A DNA stretch of 64,000 nt. Origin: a virus. Under the pieces are notes generated by a model that ran no database searches, had not been told where the DNA came from, and saw only the letters and a program-made list of their open reading frames with translations. Shown here one piece after another: positions 31,377-41,942 of the stretch. How positions within the stretch are numbered: position 1 is the stretch's first letter; each line of letters starts with the position of its first letter. Both the position numbers and the translations under genes were made by a program. The stretch is from positions 3,572-67,571 of IMG/VR virus record IMGVR_UViG_3300027021_000002; one strand, written 5' to 3'.

Positions 31377-31691
31377 GTGAGTAGAACCAGAATTAAACTT
31401 GACAACGGGAACGATGAGCATATTAAAAAATTCATCGAGATATCAGAGCAGGAGGGAAAGCCCAGGTCTAGTATCGCCCAATACACTAGCCGGATGGGTC
31501 AGTTTGCCAGATGGCTAGGACGTGATGTGTTGACCGCCACCAAAGACGATTTAACTAACTGGATGGATAAGGGGAACGATTTTAAGAAGAATCATATAAC
31601 GGCTTTTTACAAGACGTTTTTAACAAATAACGTTGCAGGATTTCAGGATCGGATTGATCGTAGCTTGTTGTTGTACTTGGTAGTACATTGA
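31377..31691 (+). CDS. Stand-alone integrase core-binding (SAM-like) domain protein, copy 2
   Basis: 'SSIAQYTSRMGQFARWLGRDVLTATKDDLTNW...KKNHITAFYKTFLT' nearly identical in pattern to 26145-26477. Confidence 0.6.
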   Translation: MSRTRIKLDNGNDEHIKKFIEISEQEGKPRSSIAQYTSRMGQFARWLGRDVLTATKDDLTNWMDKGNDFKKNHITAFYKTFLTNNVAGFQDRIDRSLLLYLVVH

Positions 31692-32263
31692 TGAGACAAA
31701 ATAAAACGCCATTAAGGCGATGTTGTGTAGACGGATGTAATAAGGAATATTACGCCAGAGGTTATTGTGCCACACACTATGCGAGGTATCGTAAGCACGG
31801 TGATCCAAATATAGTCCTTCCGAGAAATAATGGGGGTGGAAGAAGACCAAAACCACCGACAAAATGTTTGGTAGAGGGATGTGATAGATTGGGCAAAACG
31901 CTTGGTCTTTGTAGCAAACACTACCAAAGATATCGAAGGTATGGCGATCCGAATGTAGTTAAAGAGTTAAAATATTCAAATCGTGTACCACGTAAACCAC
32001 GAATTTGTGTTATCGATGGGTGTAATGAGCCACATCATGCCAATGGATACTGTACTAGACATTATAACAGATATAGAAAGTATGGTGATACCAATGTGGG
32101 GGAAAGGAGAGGGCCACTACCAGACGATAAAAATGACGTAATTGTTTCTTTACACGAAAACGGGAAGACATACAGAGAGATTGGAGACATGTTTGGAATA
32201 TCAAGGCAGAGAGCGCAACAGATATTCAAAAAGATTTTAAGGAAGGGGTATAGCAATGGATAA
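31688..32263 (+). CDS. DNA-binding protein: three CxxxGC...CxxHY zinc-type repeats plus C-terminal HTH
   Basis: Three 'C.V/I.GC....A/.G.C..HY.R.R..GD' repeats and 'KTYREIGDMFGISRQRAQQI' HTH; no HNH catalytic motif. Confidence 0.75.
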   Translation: MMRQNKTPLRRCCVDGCNKEYYARGYCATHYARYRKHGDPNIVLPRNNGGGRRPKPPTKCLVEGCDRLGKTLGLCSKHYQRYRRYGDPNVVKELKYSNRVPRKPRICVIDGCNEPHHANGYCTRHYNRYRKYGDTNVGERRGPLPDDKNDVIVSLHENGKTYREIGDMFGISRQRAQQIFKKILRKGYSNG

Positions 32264-32877
32264 GGTGGTAATTTGCATGGACGGTAATAACATAACAGAT
32301 GTGAGGGGTTTACGCCCTGGGACACCCGTTGAGATCCGAAACTACGATATAACGGGCGCAATGAAGCAACATATAGCTAATCGTGATCACACGATTTCTA
32401 TTGAGTATGACGAGCAGGGAAGGGCTTATATAAAGTCCGAGTATGATTTGGTCAAGGTGGGATAAAAGGAGGGTTTTAATTATGAGTGCGAATACGATGT
32501 GTGCGCTTGGGTATCGGATGATAGAGGCGCAACAAAATAGAATGCGATTTGAGGCTATGATACCGATTATGTCCTATAGAGATTTTGTATGGTCCCTAAA
32601 ACGTAGCATGGAAATGAGGATTAACGTATATCGTTCTTGGTGTTGCGATAATGGTATACAGGCAGAAATTAATTATGATGATCTTTCAGATATTAAAACG
32701 ATGTTAGGAAAGACAGATAATAGAGATTGCGGCATCATTCTTGACGCTGAAAAGTTACATGTATTAGAACAATGGGAAAAAGATCATGTTGAGGAATTGG
32801 TTGCGGCAATAAAGATAAAATGATGAATTTATTGCTAACGCAATTGTGGTAAAATGGTAAAGAAAGGAGTATTATTT

Positions 32878-34395
32878 ATGAATTTCATTAAAAAACACTG
32901 GTATATCATAACATTACTATTGATTTTTGCCGCAGGTGTATTCGTTCGGGTGTATGACTTTGGTAATACTCCTTATGGACTGAACCAAGACGAAGCAAGC
33001 CTTGGGTATGACGCATGGGCCGACATAACATACGGTATGGACAGAAACGGAGATCATAACCCAATTTATGCAGAAGCGTGGAATAGTGGACAAAACATGC
33101 TGTACAATTATTTGATTCGTCCGTTGATTGCTAGGTTTGGTTTGAGCGCTTTTGTAATCAGATTTCCCATGATGTTGTCCGGCATAATCACTCTTTTACT
33201 TTTCTATTTATTTATGAGGGAATTATTTAGTAAGCATACCGCTCTGTTAGGAGTATTCATGCTTGCTATTTGCCCATGGCATATAATGCTATCACGTTGG
33301 GCCATAGAATCAAACTTTGTAATAATGTTAGCGGTACTAGCGATGCTGTTCTTTGCCAAAGCATGGAAGAAAGAAATATGGTTTATACCAGCAATGCTTG
33401 TAGCCTCTCTATTTATGTATGCGTATTCTGTCACTCTTGTCTTTCTGACTATCTTTATACCTAGCATAGTAATCTATGTGTTCGTAAAAAAGATAGTTTC
33501 ATTAAAATATATCTTATTGGGAATTGGTGTCTTCTTAGTTGTATCAATACCTATGGTTATATTTTTAATAGTTAACAAGCTAGAATTGGAAACGTGTAAA
33601 TTCTTATGCTTTACTATTCCGAATTTTGCTTGGTTGCGTTATGCTACAGAAATGTTTAAAGAAGGAAACGGGCTTCTTGAGGTTTTGTCAGACAACATTT
33701 GGCGTACAAAAGATATCTTTATAAAGATGGAGGATGGAAGAATTTCTAACGCCACAAGGTATGGCGCAATTTATAAATTCCTAATTCCTTTTATTATAAT
33801 TGGAATACTTAGGATAATAAATTTGGTACGAGATAAGAAAGAGTATATTGTAATTCCGGCCCTATGGATGTTTGCCGCGATATTGCACATATTCCTTATA
33901 GATATTAATATTACCCGTATTAATATTAGCCTGATACCGTTTATTATTGCGATAACACTTGGACTAGAGTATTTGTTTAAAAGGGTGAGAGGGCTATCCT
34001 ATATAACTATAACGGTATGTATATTGGCGTTTTTGTCTTTTACCGGATACTATTTTAACAACTATAACAAAGATGCTCAGAATATGTTTTATGGTGGCTT
34101 TGACGATGCGGTTAGGTGCGCCGATGAATACACTGAACATAGTGGCGGAGTAGTATACCTATCTTCATGCGTTCACGAATCATACGTGATGGCTGCATAT
34201 GCGATTCAGATGCCACCGGAGCTATTTGAGGATAATAGGGGAACTAGATTTGTGCAGGGTATTCCTAAAGACATAATGCCTCAAAGTGGAGACGCTTTTA
34301 TTATTAAATATGATGAAAGTGTGCCAGAATATCTTGATCCTTCTAGGTGTTATGTGTGTGGATCTGATACCTATACGGTATATATGATACCATAG
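32878..34395 (+). CDS. Polytopic membrane glycosyltransferase, GT-C fold (ArnT/PMT, GT39-like)
   Basis: 'LNQDEASLGYDA' loop after TM1, about 11-13 TM segments, 'PWHIMLSRWAIE' motif; ATG 32878 with RBS GAAAGGAG. Confidence 0.85.
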   Translation: MNFIKKHWYIITLLLIFAAGVFVRVYDFGNTPYGLNQDEASLGYDAWADITYGMDRNGDHNPIYAEAWNSGQNMLYNYLIRPLIARFGLSAFVIRFPMMLSGIITLLLFYLFMRELFSKHTALLGVFMLAICPWHIMLSRWAIESNFVIMLAVLAMLFFAKAWKKEIWFIPAMLVASLFMYAYSVTLVFLTIFIPSIVIYVFVKKIVSLKYILLGIGVFLVVSIPMVIFLIVNKLELETCKFLCFTIPNFAWLRYATEMFKEGNGLLEVLSDNIWRTKDIFIKMEDGRISNATRYGAIYKFLIPFIIIGILRIINLVRDKKEYIVIPALWMFAAILHIFLIDINITRINISLIPFIIAITLGLEYLFKRVRGLSYITITVCILAFLSFTGYYFNNYNKDAQNMFYGGFDDAVRCADEYTEHSGGVVYLSSCVHESYVMAAYAIQMPPELFEDNRGTRFVQGIPKDIMPQSGDAFIIKYDESVPEYLDPSRCYVCGSDTYTVYMIP

Positions 34396-37239
34396 TTGAA
34401 ACAGGGATTTCATCGAAGCAATAACGGAAACTTGCAAAGCAAGTTGAGTTATCAGTAACGGAAAGGAGAAAGGTTATGAATAACGGAAAGAGGCTTTACC
34501 AGGGAGGCATTTGGTCGAAAGATAGTTTTAGGCTTGAGGGTTTTACTGAACAGGATGCGGAAATCTATCGTGTTATGGTTGACTATGACTTCTATAACAG
34601 AGTAGAAAAGATGGGTTTTGAGGGTGCTGTTACTTGGTATTATGAGCCGAGCGAAGGTTTCTTAATGGTAGACGCAGACAAGATTGACGATGGGGAATGG
34701 TTGGCTGAAATGATGATGGAGGTGCGAAGTGATCAGCTTGGTCAGTTTAAGTATCTCAAAGCTATTGGACGTGTCGGACGTTACATTGAAATATGCCTTG
34801 CGCTTGCGAGGATGACGCAAGACGATGTAGTACATCGTAACTGGGACGAACATCTTGTAGATAACGGGTGGGATGATTGGGTGGTTGCTGGAAACAAACA
34901 CGAAATTGATCTTGATCCGGCAAGCTTTCTCACTCAAGATGGTGGTCTTAATATTGAATGGGCAGAGGGGCTTGAAGAGGAAGAAGTACTAGCGAAGGGA
35001 CCGAGCAGATACTTACAGGCTGTCACCGATAAGCAAATGATGATAGCACAGCTAGACATTGACGAATATTTAAAGCAGATGGACTATAAAAAGTTTAAAG
35101 TAGATAAATAACACACCCGCCACCGATCAGTAGAAAGGAGAATAACATGCTAATAACAGATGAAATTCGTCAAGCTATAAAGAGCGGCTATAAAATAGAT
35201 ATTGTTATCAACATGGAATTTGAGAAGAATAAACGAGCCGTAATTGTTGGCTTGTATGAGAGTGACGGGCAGGAATGTTTAATTGTGCGTGATGCAGAGT
35301 CATGGGTGGATGACAAAGCAGTTAAAAAGGATGCGACACACAAAGAAAATCCCGGTAATTTATTTCATTGGAATGAGACTATACAAAAACTAACCGAATA
35401 GATGAAACGTATATTTTAATTAGAAAGGAGTTGCCATTATGATATTACATAGCTTTGCGATTTATCGCGGTGAAAGCAATGTGGAATTTACACGTGGATA
35501 TCTTTACGAGGTAGGCATAGATAGGAGTAAAACATTATGGATAACTAATAATCTTGGCGTAGAGGCAATACACTCAATGACGGATATTGATTTTGTATTC
35601 TTATTCAATGTATCAGAAGAAGATGCTTTGACATTTAAGAGTGTATTACGAAAACAAGAAGAAGAACCCGCCACCCCAGATGAGATCCGGCAGGAGATTA
35701 AAGACTCCATGGAAGAAGGAGACTACTTGGGTGCGGTTGTCCTTCAGCATGAAATTGATGCGATAACGGACGCTGAATGAAAGGGGTGTGGAAGAATGTT
35801 AAAAAGAGTACCAATATTTAATTTAAAAGTTCGTTTATTCCGAGAGGATGGCACTAGCTATATTTCTTCTTTTTTAGTTCATGCAGATGATTATATTGTT
35901 GCAAGGAGCGTACTTGAAACATACTTGAACGAGAATAAGGCAGATACGCTACTAAAATACGATAGGGTGGATTGCATCTGGAACGAGGGTAGCGAATACG
36001 TGGTAATGGATGTTGGCGAAAACCAAGAGCAGGAGACTCCGCAGCCGTTAACCTTAGAGCAACTAGAAAAGCGAATTGGAAAGCCGGTATGCACAGTAAC
36101 AAAAGAGATATATCGCAAAGGGAAGGAGCCGTTTAATTGGACAATACTCCAAAGGGTGTCTGATGATTTCATATATCATGCATATGGCGTAATAAGGTAT
36201 GATTGCGCAGACTTTTATGATTATGAACCAGTTAAGAACTGATGGATAAAATATGTATTTCAAGAACAGAAAGGAGAATATTATGAGTAAAACAAAGGAA
36301 TTTCACTTGGGAGATATTTTGAGTGTTACAACCGGACGTTTGGTATCACATGACGGAATGGTAGGTGTTAGTAATGTATTGGAATTTATGCTTGATTCAA
36401 GCGTGTTTGATGTAATGTTTAAGATAGCGGCAGAGACATGTACTCCGCATATATTTGAACAGCACCCAGAGTTGATTAATATAGACGCCTCAGAAGTCAC
36501 AACGGATAACTGGGAAGAATGGCTTAACGAACAGATTGAACAATACGGCGAAACGCTATCTGTTGCAGCTATAAGGAGTTAATTATGAGTAAGGATAACT
36601 TTATCCCCGGTGAAATGACGCGTTGTATTGACCAAGGAATTTGCCCTCATTGTGGAGAGAAATTTGATGCAGAGAGGGCCATAAATTATGATATATCAAT
36701 TATGCCGCAATATGATGATTGTCCTCATTGTGGAAAAGAAGTTGAAATATTTGCTTCTGTTGAATACCATTGTTCAGTGCCAGAGGAGGATTAAGATGGA
36801 CGAGTTGACCAACACACAACGGAGAGCATTTAATGCTATCAAAGATGCTTATCGTCCCGTTTTCACGCAATGGAAAGAGTGTTGGCAGGTACAGACAGAG
36901 CAAGGAGATGTATATGTCAATGAAAAGACAATTGACGATCTTGTACAACTTGGCTTTATATCTATTACCCATACCAAAGATGGCTATACTGCGAACGTAC
37001 TATGTCTTAGATGAAAGAATATTTTTAATAAAGAAAGGAGAAATAGGCACATGGTTGATAATAAAGTATGGGAATACTGGTATCGTCGGGATATCAAGAT
37101 CGCAGAGAGTGTTATGATGGGAATTAAGGGCGATAATCCTATACGCCAGATGTATGCAGAGAAGATCAAAGACTTGCGGGAAAAGATTGCAAACTTGAAA
37201 GTAGCGTAGTAAAAATTTAATAAAAGATTGGTGAAACCC

Positions 37240-37268
37240 TTGACAAAGTATTCGTTTAGGCGTATACT
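37240..37268 (+). promoter_or_regulatory. Sigma-A promoter
   Basis: TTGACA-17-TATACT. Confidence 0.8.
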
Positions 37269-37821
37269 TAAAATTGGGAAGGGGTGGTGTAACAATGACT
37301 GAAAAAGAAATGAGAATAATGCAGCTTCGTACAGAGCTAGATGCGCTTAAACAACGTATAGTAATGGACGAAGAGGGAATCAAACGGGATCAGCAAGCTG
37401 TTTGGGAAAAAAGATGGCGTGTTGATGAAATTGAAATGGAATTGAGTGAGCTTAGGGGAGGTATATAAATGGATGGCGATGAGGCAAACAGTTAGTTAAA
37501 AGCAGAATTTCATTAACGGAGAGAAAGGAGACTAAGATATGAGTGTAATTGATAAGACAAAATTTTATGTTGAAGAACGGCAAAAGCAAGCACACTCTTC
37601 TATCGACAAACTTTTGAATGCGATTTCTGAGCAATCAAGATTATTGCGCAAAATAGCTGTGGTAGATGACGGTGATTATAATGCTGCTTTTAATCGGGTT
37701 AAAGGCGTTCTTACTCAAATCAATGGATACTTTGGAGAGATCGAAACGTGGAAGATAGTATTAGATGAGGCAATGCGCACTAAGAACGCTACTGATGCCT
37801 TTGAGCGCAATGGTGTCACCA

Positions 37822-38007
37822 ATGCCTAACTACATCACAGTAAAGCAAGCAGCTAAAAGGTGGGGAGTAACCCCCAGGCGCGTACAGCAATACCTGAAGG
37901 ATGGACGTATCGAGGGAGCATACAAACTGTCTCCGCGAGTGTGGTTGATTCCTGAAGACGCGGAGTGTCCTGCGAAAGAGACCGGGAGACCGAAGGAGGA
38001 GAAATGA
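37822..38007 (+). CDS. Excisionase-like winged HTH protein
   Basis: 'YITVKQAAKRWGVTPRRVQQYLKDGRIEGAYK...WLIPED'; ATG at 37822. Confidence 0.8.
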   Translation: MPNYITVKQAAKRWGVTPRRVQQYLKDGRIEGAYKLSPRVWLIPEDAECPAKETGRPKEEK

Positions 38008-40910
38008 TGGATATAGTAGTTTCTATTGCCACGGCTGTATCAGCATGGATTATCTTGTGGGAAGAGCGCAAACAAAATAAACTATTTGTAACGATTGTTT
38101 TGTCATGCGTGACACTATCTGCGTGTTTGGTAATAGTAACAACTACCATAACGATGTAATAAAATGCTGGTTTTATTTTAGAGAGGAGAAAGGTATGAAT
38201 ATTGGAGGAAATTTTGTATTCTATGCTGGGGAAGACAATGATCACTTTGCTCATGAGAACGTGTATTCAATTGAGGGATGGGTATTTAACGAAGACCATG
38301 AGCATTTTGTAAACATCATAGATAAAAATAATAAACCATACCAGACCACATTGAACGATGCTGATTTTGTATTCTTTTTTAACGCAAACTATAAAGCAAT
38401 GCAACAGTATTTATGGATGATTGGCACACAGAGGAAAGCAATGTTGGAACACGCAAAGAAAACGATGAATTAATATTTCAATAAAGTGAGGAGGGGTAGA
38501 ATGCTACCAGATAGAATCAAAAAGAACGCAAAAGACTATAGGGCATTGCTCGTCGGAGCAAAGATAAAGTATTTAAATAATGAGGAAATGCTAGAAAGTC
38601 TTGATGCTGGTATTGCTGTGCTTGATCACTTAGCAGACGACTTGTTTATTGATCTGCCGTGTAGATTAGGCGAAACGGTTTATAAAATATGCCCGAAATG
38701 TAATGATAAGCATGATGGAAGTTGTGAAAATTGTGCATGGAGAGATTGTCCAAAGCCATGTGATGTAAAACCACAGGCCGACAGAGAAAATATGATAGTA
38801 CCACAGACATTTACTCTATCATGTATCAAGCTATGGAAAGATCTTTGGGGTAGCGTCATATTTAAAGATCCACAAGAAGCCGCAAAAGTACTGGCACAGA
38901 TAAAATGATGCATTTAAGTAAGATAGAAAGGATGGATGATTATGATTTGGGTTTTATATTATAAAGGTAATTTTGCGCATCCTGTTCGGATTGTATCAAA
39001 TACAATTATTAGTTTGCGCTGTCAGGTTGAGGGCCAAAAGGATTCTCCTATTATTGAATCTGCCGTGCTGGAGGGGTGGGATGGAGACACCGGAGAGATC
39101 CAAACACGTTGGCCTCTGTATACGTGCTGTGGTAATGAAGCCGAGCGGCTTGAGCAGTTTATGAATCTCACAGATTATCTTATCAACGGTCATGTGCCAA
39201 TGTCAGACGGTAAACCGTTTTGTGTTGATAGAGTGCCATCAACTGATGAGTATATAGAGAATCATAATAAGGGTATCTGGGGTGATTGTGATTCGTATGT
39301 AGGAAAGGTGTTTAGTTGATATGGAACTCCAAGAGAAAATCGATAAAGCTAGTACGTGCATATCGCATACAGAATATAACTCTTGCAAAAGAGATGGGTA
39401 TCCTCCATTCGATTGTGAAAATTGTGATCAGTATAAGCATGTTGATGTATATCGGCTCGAACAACTAATAGAGCGACAGAAGAAACATATTAATGGCATT
39501 CAGCATGATATCAATATGAAGCAATTAGAGGCACAATCAGCAAACGATTGGATAGATTACCACACTAAGCGTAGGGAAGAGCAAAACATCATTTTAGATC
39601 GTATGCTGGAGGACTATGGTAAACCTTTATTTCGAGAAGAGTTTACTGATTGTGAAAGTGTAATATATTGCATATTGCCAGATGAACGAGTGCTAATTAC
39701 TACAAGGCAATTTTATTTGGAGTTGGCTGTTATTCGTACAGATGACGGGATCGTGTTGCAACAAAAAGAATTACGGTATCAGCACAAGAGGCCACGCACC
39801 ACAGAGGGCGTAGATAGCTTGACAGGGCGTGCTCAAAAAGTCTTGGAGAAAATTGATACTTTATTGAAATAACGTTTTTAAGTAAGAAAGGAGGATACTA
39901 TGCCACGATGGGATCATGAAATCAGGGGATTTAAAGATATACTGCATACAGAATCTACGGATTATTTGTGCGATGTTTTGCACAGTAGGCTTAATCGTAT
40001 TGTAGAATATGAGCGTAAATTCAAGAATTGGGACGAGAGTGTAATAGATGACCTTGATAATGTGTCTGATAATTTTCGTCTTGTCGGAGAAATTGCAAAA
40101 GGGAATTTGGAACTTGCCGAGTTTTATCCAGATTTAAACAGTGTCACAGAGGCGTTTGATGAGAATCTTACCTATCTATATGACATAGCAGATACTAAGC
40201 GACCAGATCCGCAGTTTCCCACAGATTGGTCTGCGCAGCATGGGCTTATCTGGGTAGGGTGAAAGGAGTAGCTATGAAACAGACAGAAATGGAGTATCTA
40301 AGGAGTAACCTTGATGCTGGCGGGAAGAACTTTATTGAAGCTATCGAGGCTCACGGGATGGACGTGTTTGATTGGTTCGGATTGCTTTTATGCTGGAATA
40401 GAATAAGCGTGTATGATCAAGATATTCTCAAACAAATGTGGATTGGTGTGGAGGAATAAATATGGATGCATTATTCACAAGTTTTTTGCTGTTGTTTTTT
40501 GGTTTTATGCTTTTTTGTATGGCTTTAGCGTGTTTGATTAAATTTAAGAAAACGCAATATAAAGAATGGCGAATTGGTATATTCGTTTTAAGTGGATGTG
40601 GGTTGTTATGTATATTGTGTGCTATTCCATTTATTTTAAACTATATTAGTATTGTCAATAACCTTTAATAAAAATATCTTTTCAATAAAGAAGGTGAGGT
40701 AGGTATGAAATATTGGGAAGTCATGGAGCAAGCTAAAAACAATCCTGGCCTAAAAGCCAAGCGTCCTCATTGGACAGGACATATTCAGTGGTGGTTTAAT
40801 AAGATATACGCATTTAGGTATTTCAATTATGGCGCACCAGAAAATTATATTTATAAGCCAACAGTAGAAGATATTGATGCAAATGATTGGATATTTGTTG
40901 AATAAAACAC

Positions 40911-40957
40911 TTGCATTACAATTACGACTATGGTATGATAAACACAGTAAAAGTTTA
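40911..40957 (+). promoter_or_regulatory. Sigma-A promoter of tRNA cluster with TAAAC-N9-GTTTA element
   Basis: TTGCAT-17-TATGAT (extended TG), then AAACACAGTAAAAGTTTA. Confidence 0.75.
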
Positions 40958-40962
40958 ATAAT

Positions 40963-41032
40963 GTGGGGATGGCGAAATAAACGCGTCCGCGATCAGGATA
41001 TGTGCTGGGTTTGAGTCCCGCTCCCCACACCA
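40963..41032 (+). pseudogene. Degenerate tRNA-like element (70 nt, loop centre GAT)
   Basis: 7-bp acceptor GTGGGGA/TCCCCAC plus ACCA; D-loop lacks GG, C at position 33, T-loop TTTGAGT, bulged T-stem. Confidence 0.6.
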
Positions 41033-41033
41033 T

Positions 41034-41109
41034 GCGTCCTTAACTCAGTTGGTAGAGTAGCGGCCTTTTAAGTCGCAGGGCGGAGGTTCGATCCCTCCAG
41101 GGCGCACCA
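41034..41109 (+). tRNA. tRNA-Lys(UUU)
   Basis: Canonical 76-nt cloverleaf, loop CT-TTT-AA, encoded CCA. Confidence 0.95.
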
Positions 41110-41114
41110 GTTAT

Positions 41115-41191
41115 CCGGGTGTAGCGCAGTTTGGTAGCGCACATGCTTTGGGAGCATGGGGTCAGAAGTTCGAGCCTTCTCACCCGGACCA
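41115..41191 (+). tRNA. tRNA-Pro(UGG)
   Basis: Acceptor CCGGGTG/CACCCGG, anticodon arm CATGC-TTTGGGA-GCATG, encoded CCA. Confidence 0.95.
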
Positions 41192-41459
41192 AGGGCCGCA
41201 ACCCGTCGAGGCACTTATTAAATTTACGGGACGTTGCCAAGCTGTTAGGGAGGATATCTTAGGCAAACGGGGATATCCTCCAAACCAGCAAAACTAAGGA
41301 GGCAGTTATGGAAGTCTTATTTAATATTTTTATGATTATTGTTTATGTGTTTCTTGGGGCAATATTATTGATAGTGGCTTTATGGGTGATTGGATTTATC
41401 TTGAACATAATCTTTTTTATTATGTCTCTATTCGTTAAATGAAACGGCGGTTTTAATTT

Positions 41460-41942
41460 ATGAACATTTTCTGGCTAGATGATGACATGGACAAATGCGT
41501 TCAGTATTATACTGATCGCCACATAGTTAAGATGATCACCGAAACCGCCCAAATACTTTGTAGTGTATACTACTATACTGAACAGGACGAAATGGCTCAT
41601 TACAATCTCACTCACAAGAATCATCCTTGCTGTGTATGGGCTAGAGAATCGCTTAACAATTGGTTGTGGCTACGGGATCTTGGCCTGAAGATGTACGAGG
41701 AGTATCGTTATCGCTACCAGAAGCCACAGCATAAGTCAGGAGAGGTTATAAAACATCTGGTTACACCTAACCTACCCCGTAAGGGAATTACGCCTAGACC
41801 GCTTTGTATGCCGCTAGAATGCAAGACAGAAGATGTGGTTCAAAGTTATCGGAATTACTACAATCAGTGTAAACGACACATCTTTAGTTGGAAGAATAGA
41901 GATATACCATATTGGATAGAAGGGTTGAATTTAGTTGGCTGA
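41460..41942 (+). CDS. Pyrimidine-dimer DNA glycosylase-like protein (DenV/Pyr_excise family)
   Basis: 'MNIFWLD...DRHIVKMITETAQIL', 'THKNHPCCVWARES', 'VQSYRNYY' family motifs. Confidence 0.85.
   Translation: MNIFWLDDDMDKCVQYYTDRHIVKMITETAQILCSVYYYTEQDEMAHYNLTHKNHPCCVWARESLNNWLWLRDLGLKMYEEYRYRYQKPQHKSGEVIKHLVTPNLPRKGITPRPLCMPLECKTEDVVQSYRNYYNQCKRHIFSWKNRDIPYWIEGLNLVG

Larger units (their letters stand above)
20545..32823 (+). other. Early cluster of about 45 short hypothetical ORFs (30-250 aa), each with its own strong RBS
   Basis: Dense co-oriented ORFs with GGAGG/GAAAGGAG sites; several real ORFs are under 60 aa and absent from the track (e.g. 20836-20928, 21752-21892, 22693-22872, 26913-27062). 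Confidence 0.8.
21653..35113 (+). repeat. Dispersed junction motif (A/T)TAAC(A/G)G, partly as TAAC-GGA-stem-GA-GTTA hairpins
   Basis: Stop codon in ATAAC context at 21890, 22576, 23324, 24420, 24718, 25133, 25753, 27060, 27356, 27759, 28244, 28911, 35109; motif also kept away from stops (e.g. near 29205, 29413, 30904). Full hairpins at 24112-24135, 24435-24469, 27070-27101, 31271-31302, 34421-34452 and 52473-52505. Confidence 0.8.
34476..40905 (+). other. Cluster of hypothetical ORFs separated by junction palindromes
   Basis: About 20 short co-oriented ORFs with RBSs; no recognisable catalytic motifs apart from the HTH listed separately. Confidence 0.75.

Noticed and set aside
18444-35113. 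Canonical integron (IntI plus attC)
   Set aside because: The recombinase shows no obvious IntI-specific insertion, it is co-oriented with the array, and the hairpins (24-35 nt) are shorter than attC sites and lack clear L boxes. Only the analogy is kept, as a hypothesis.
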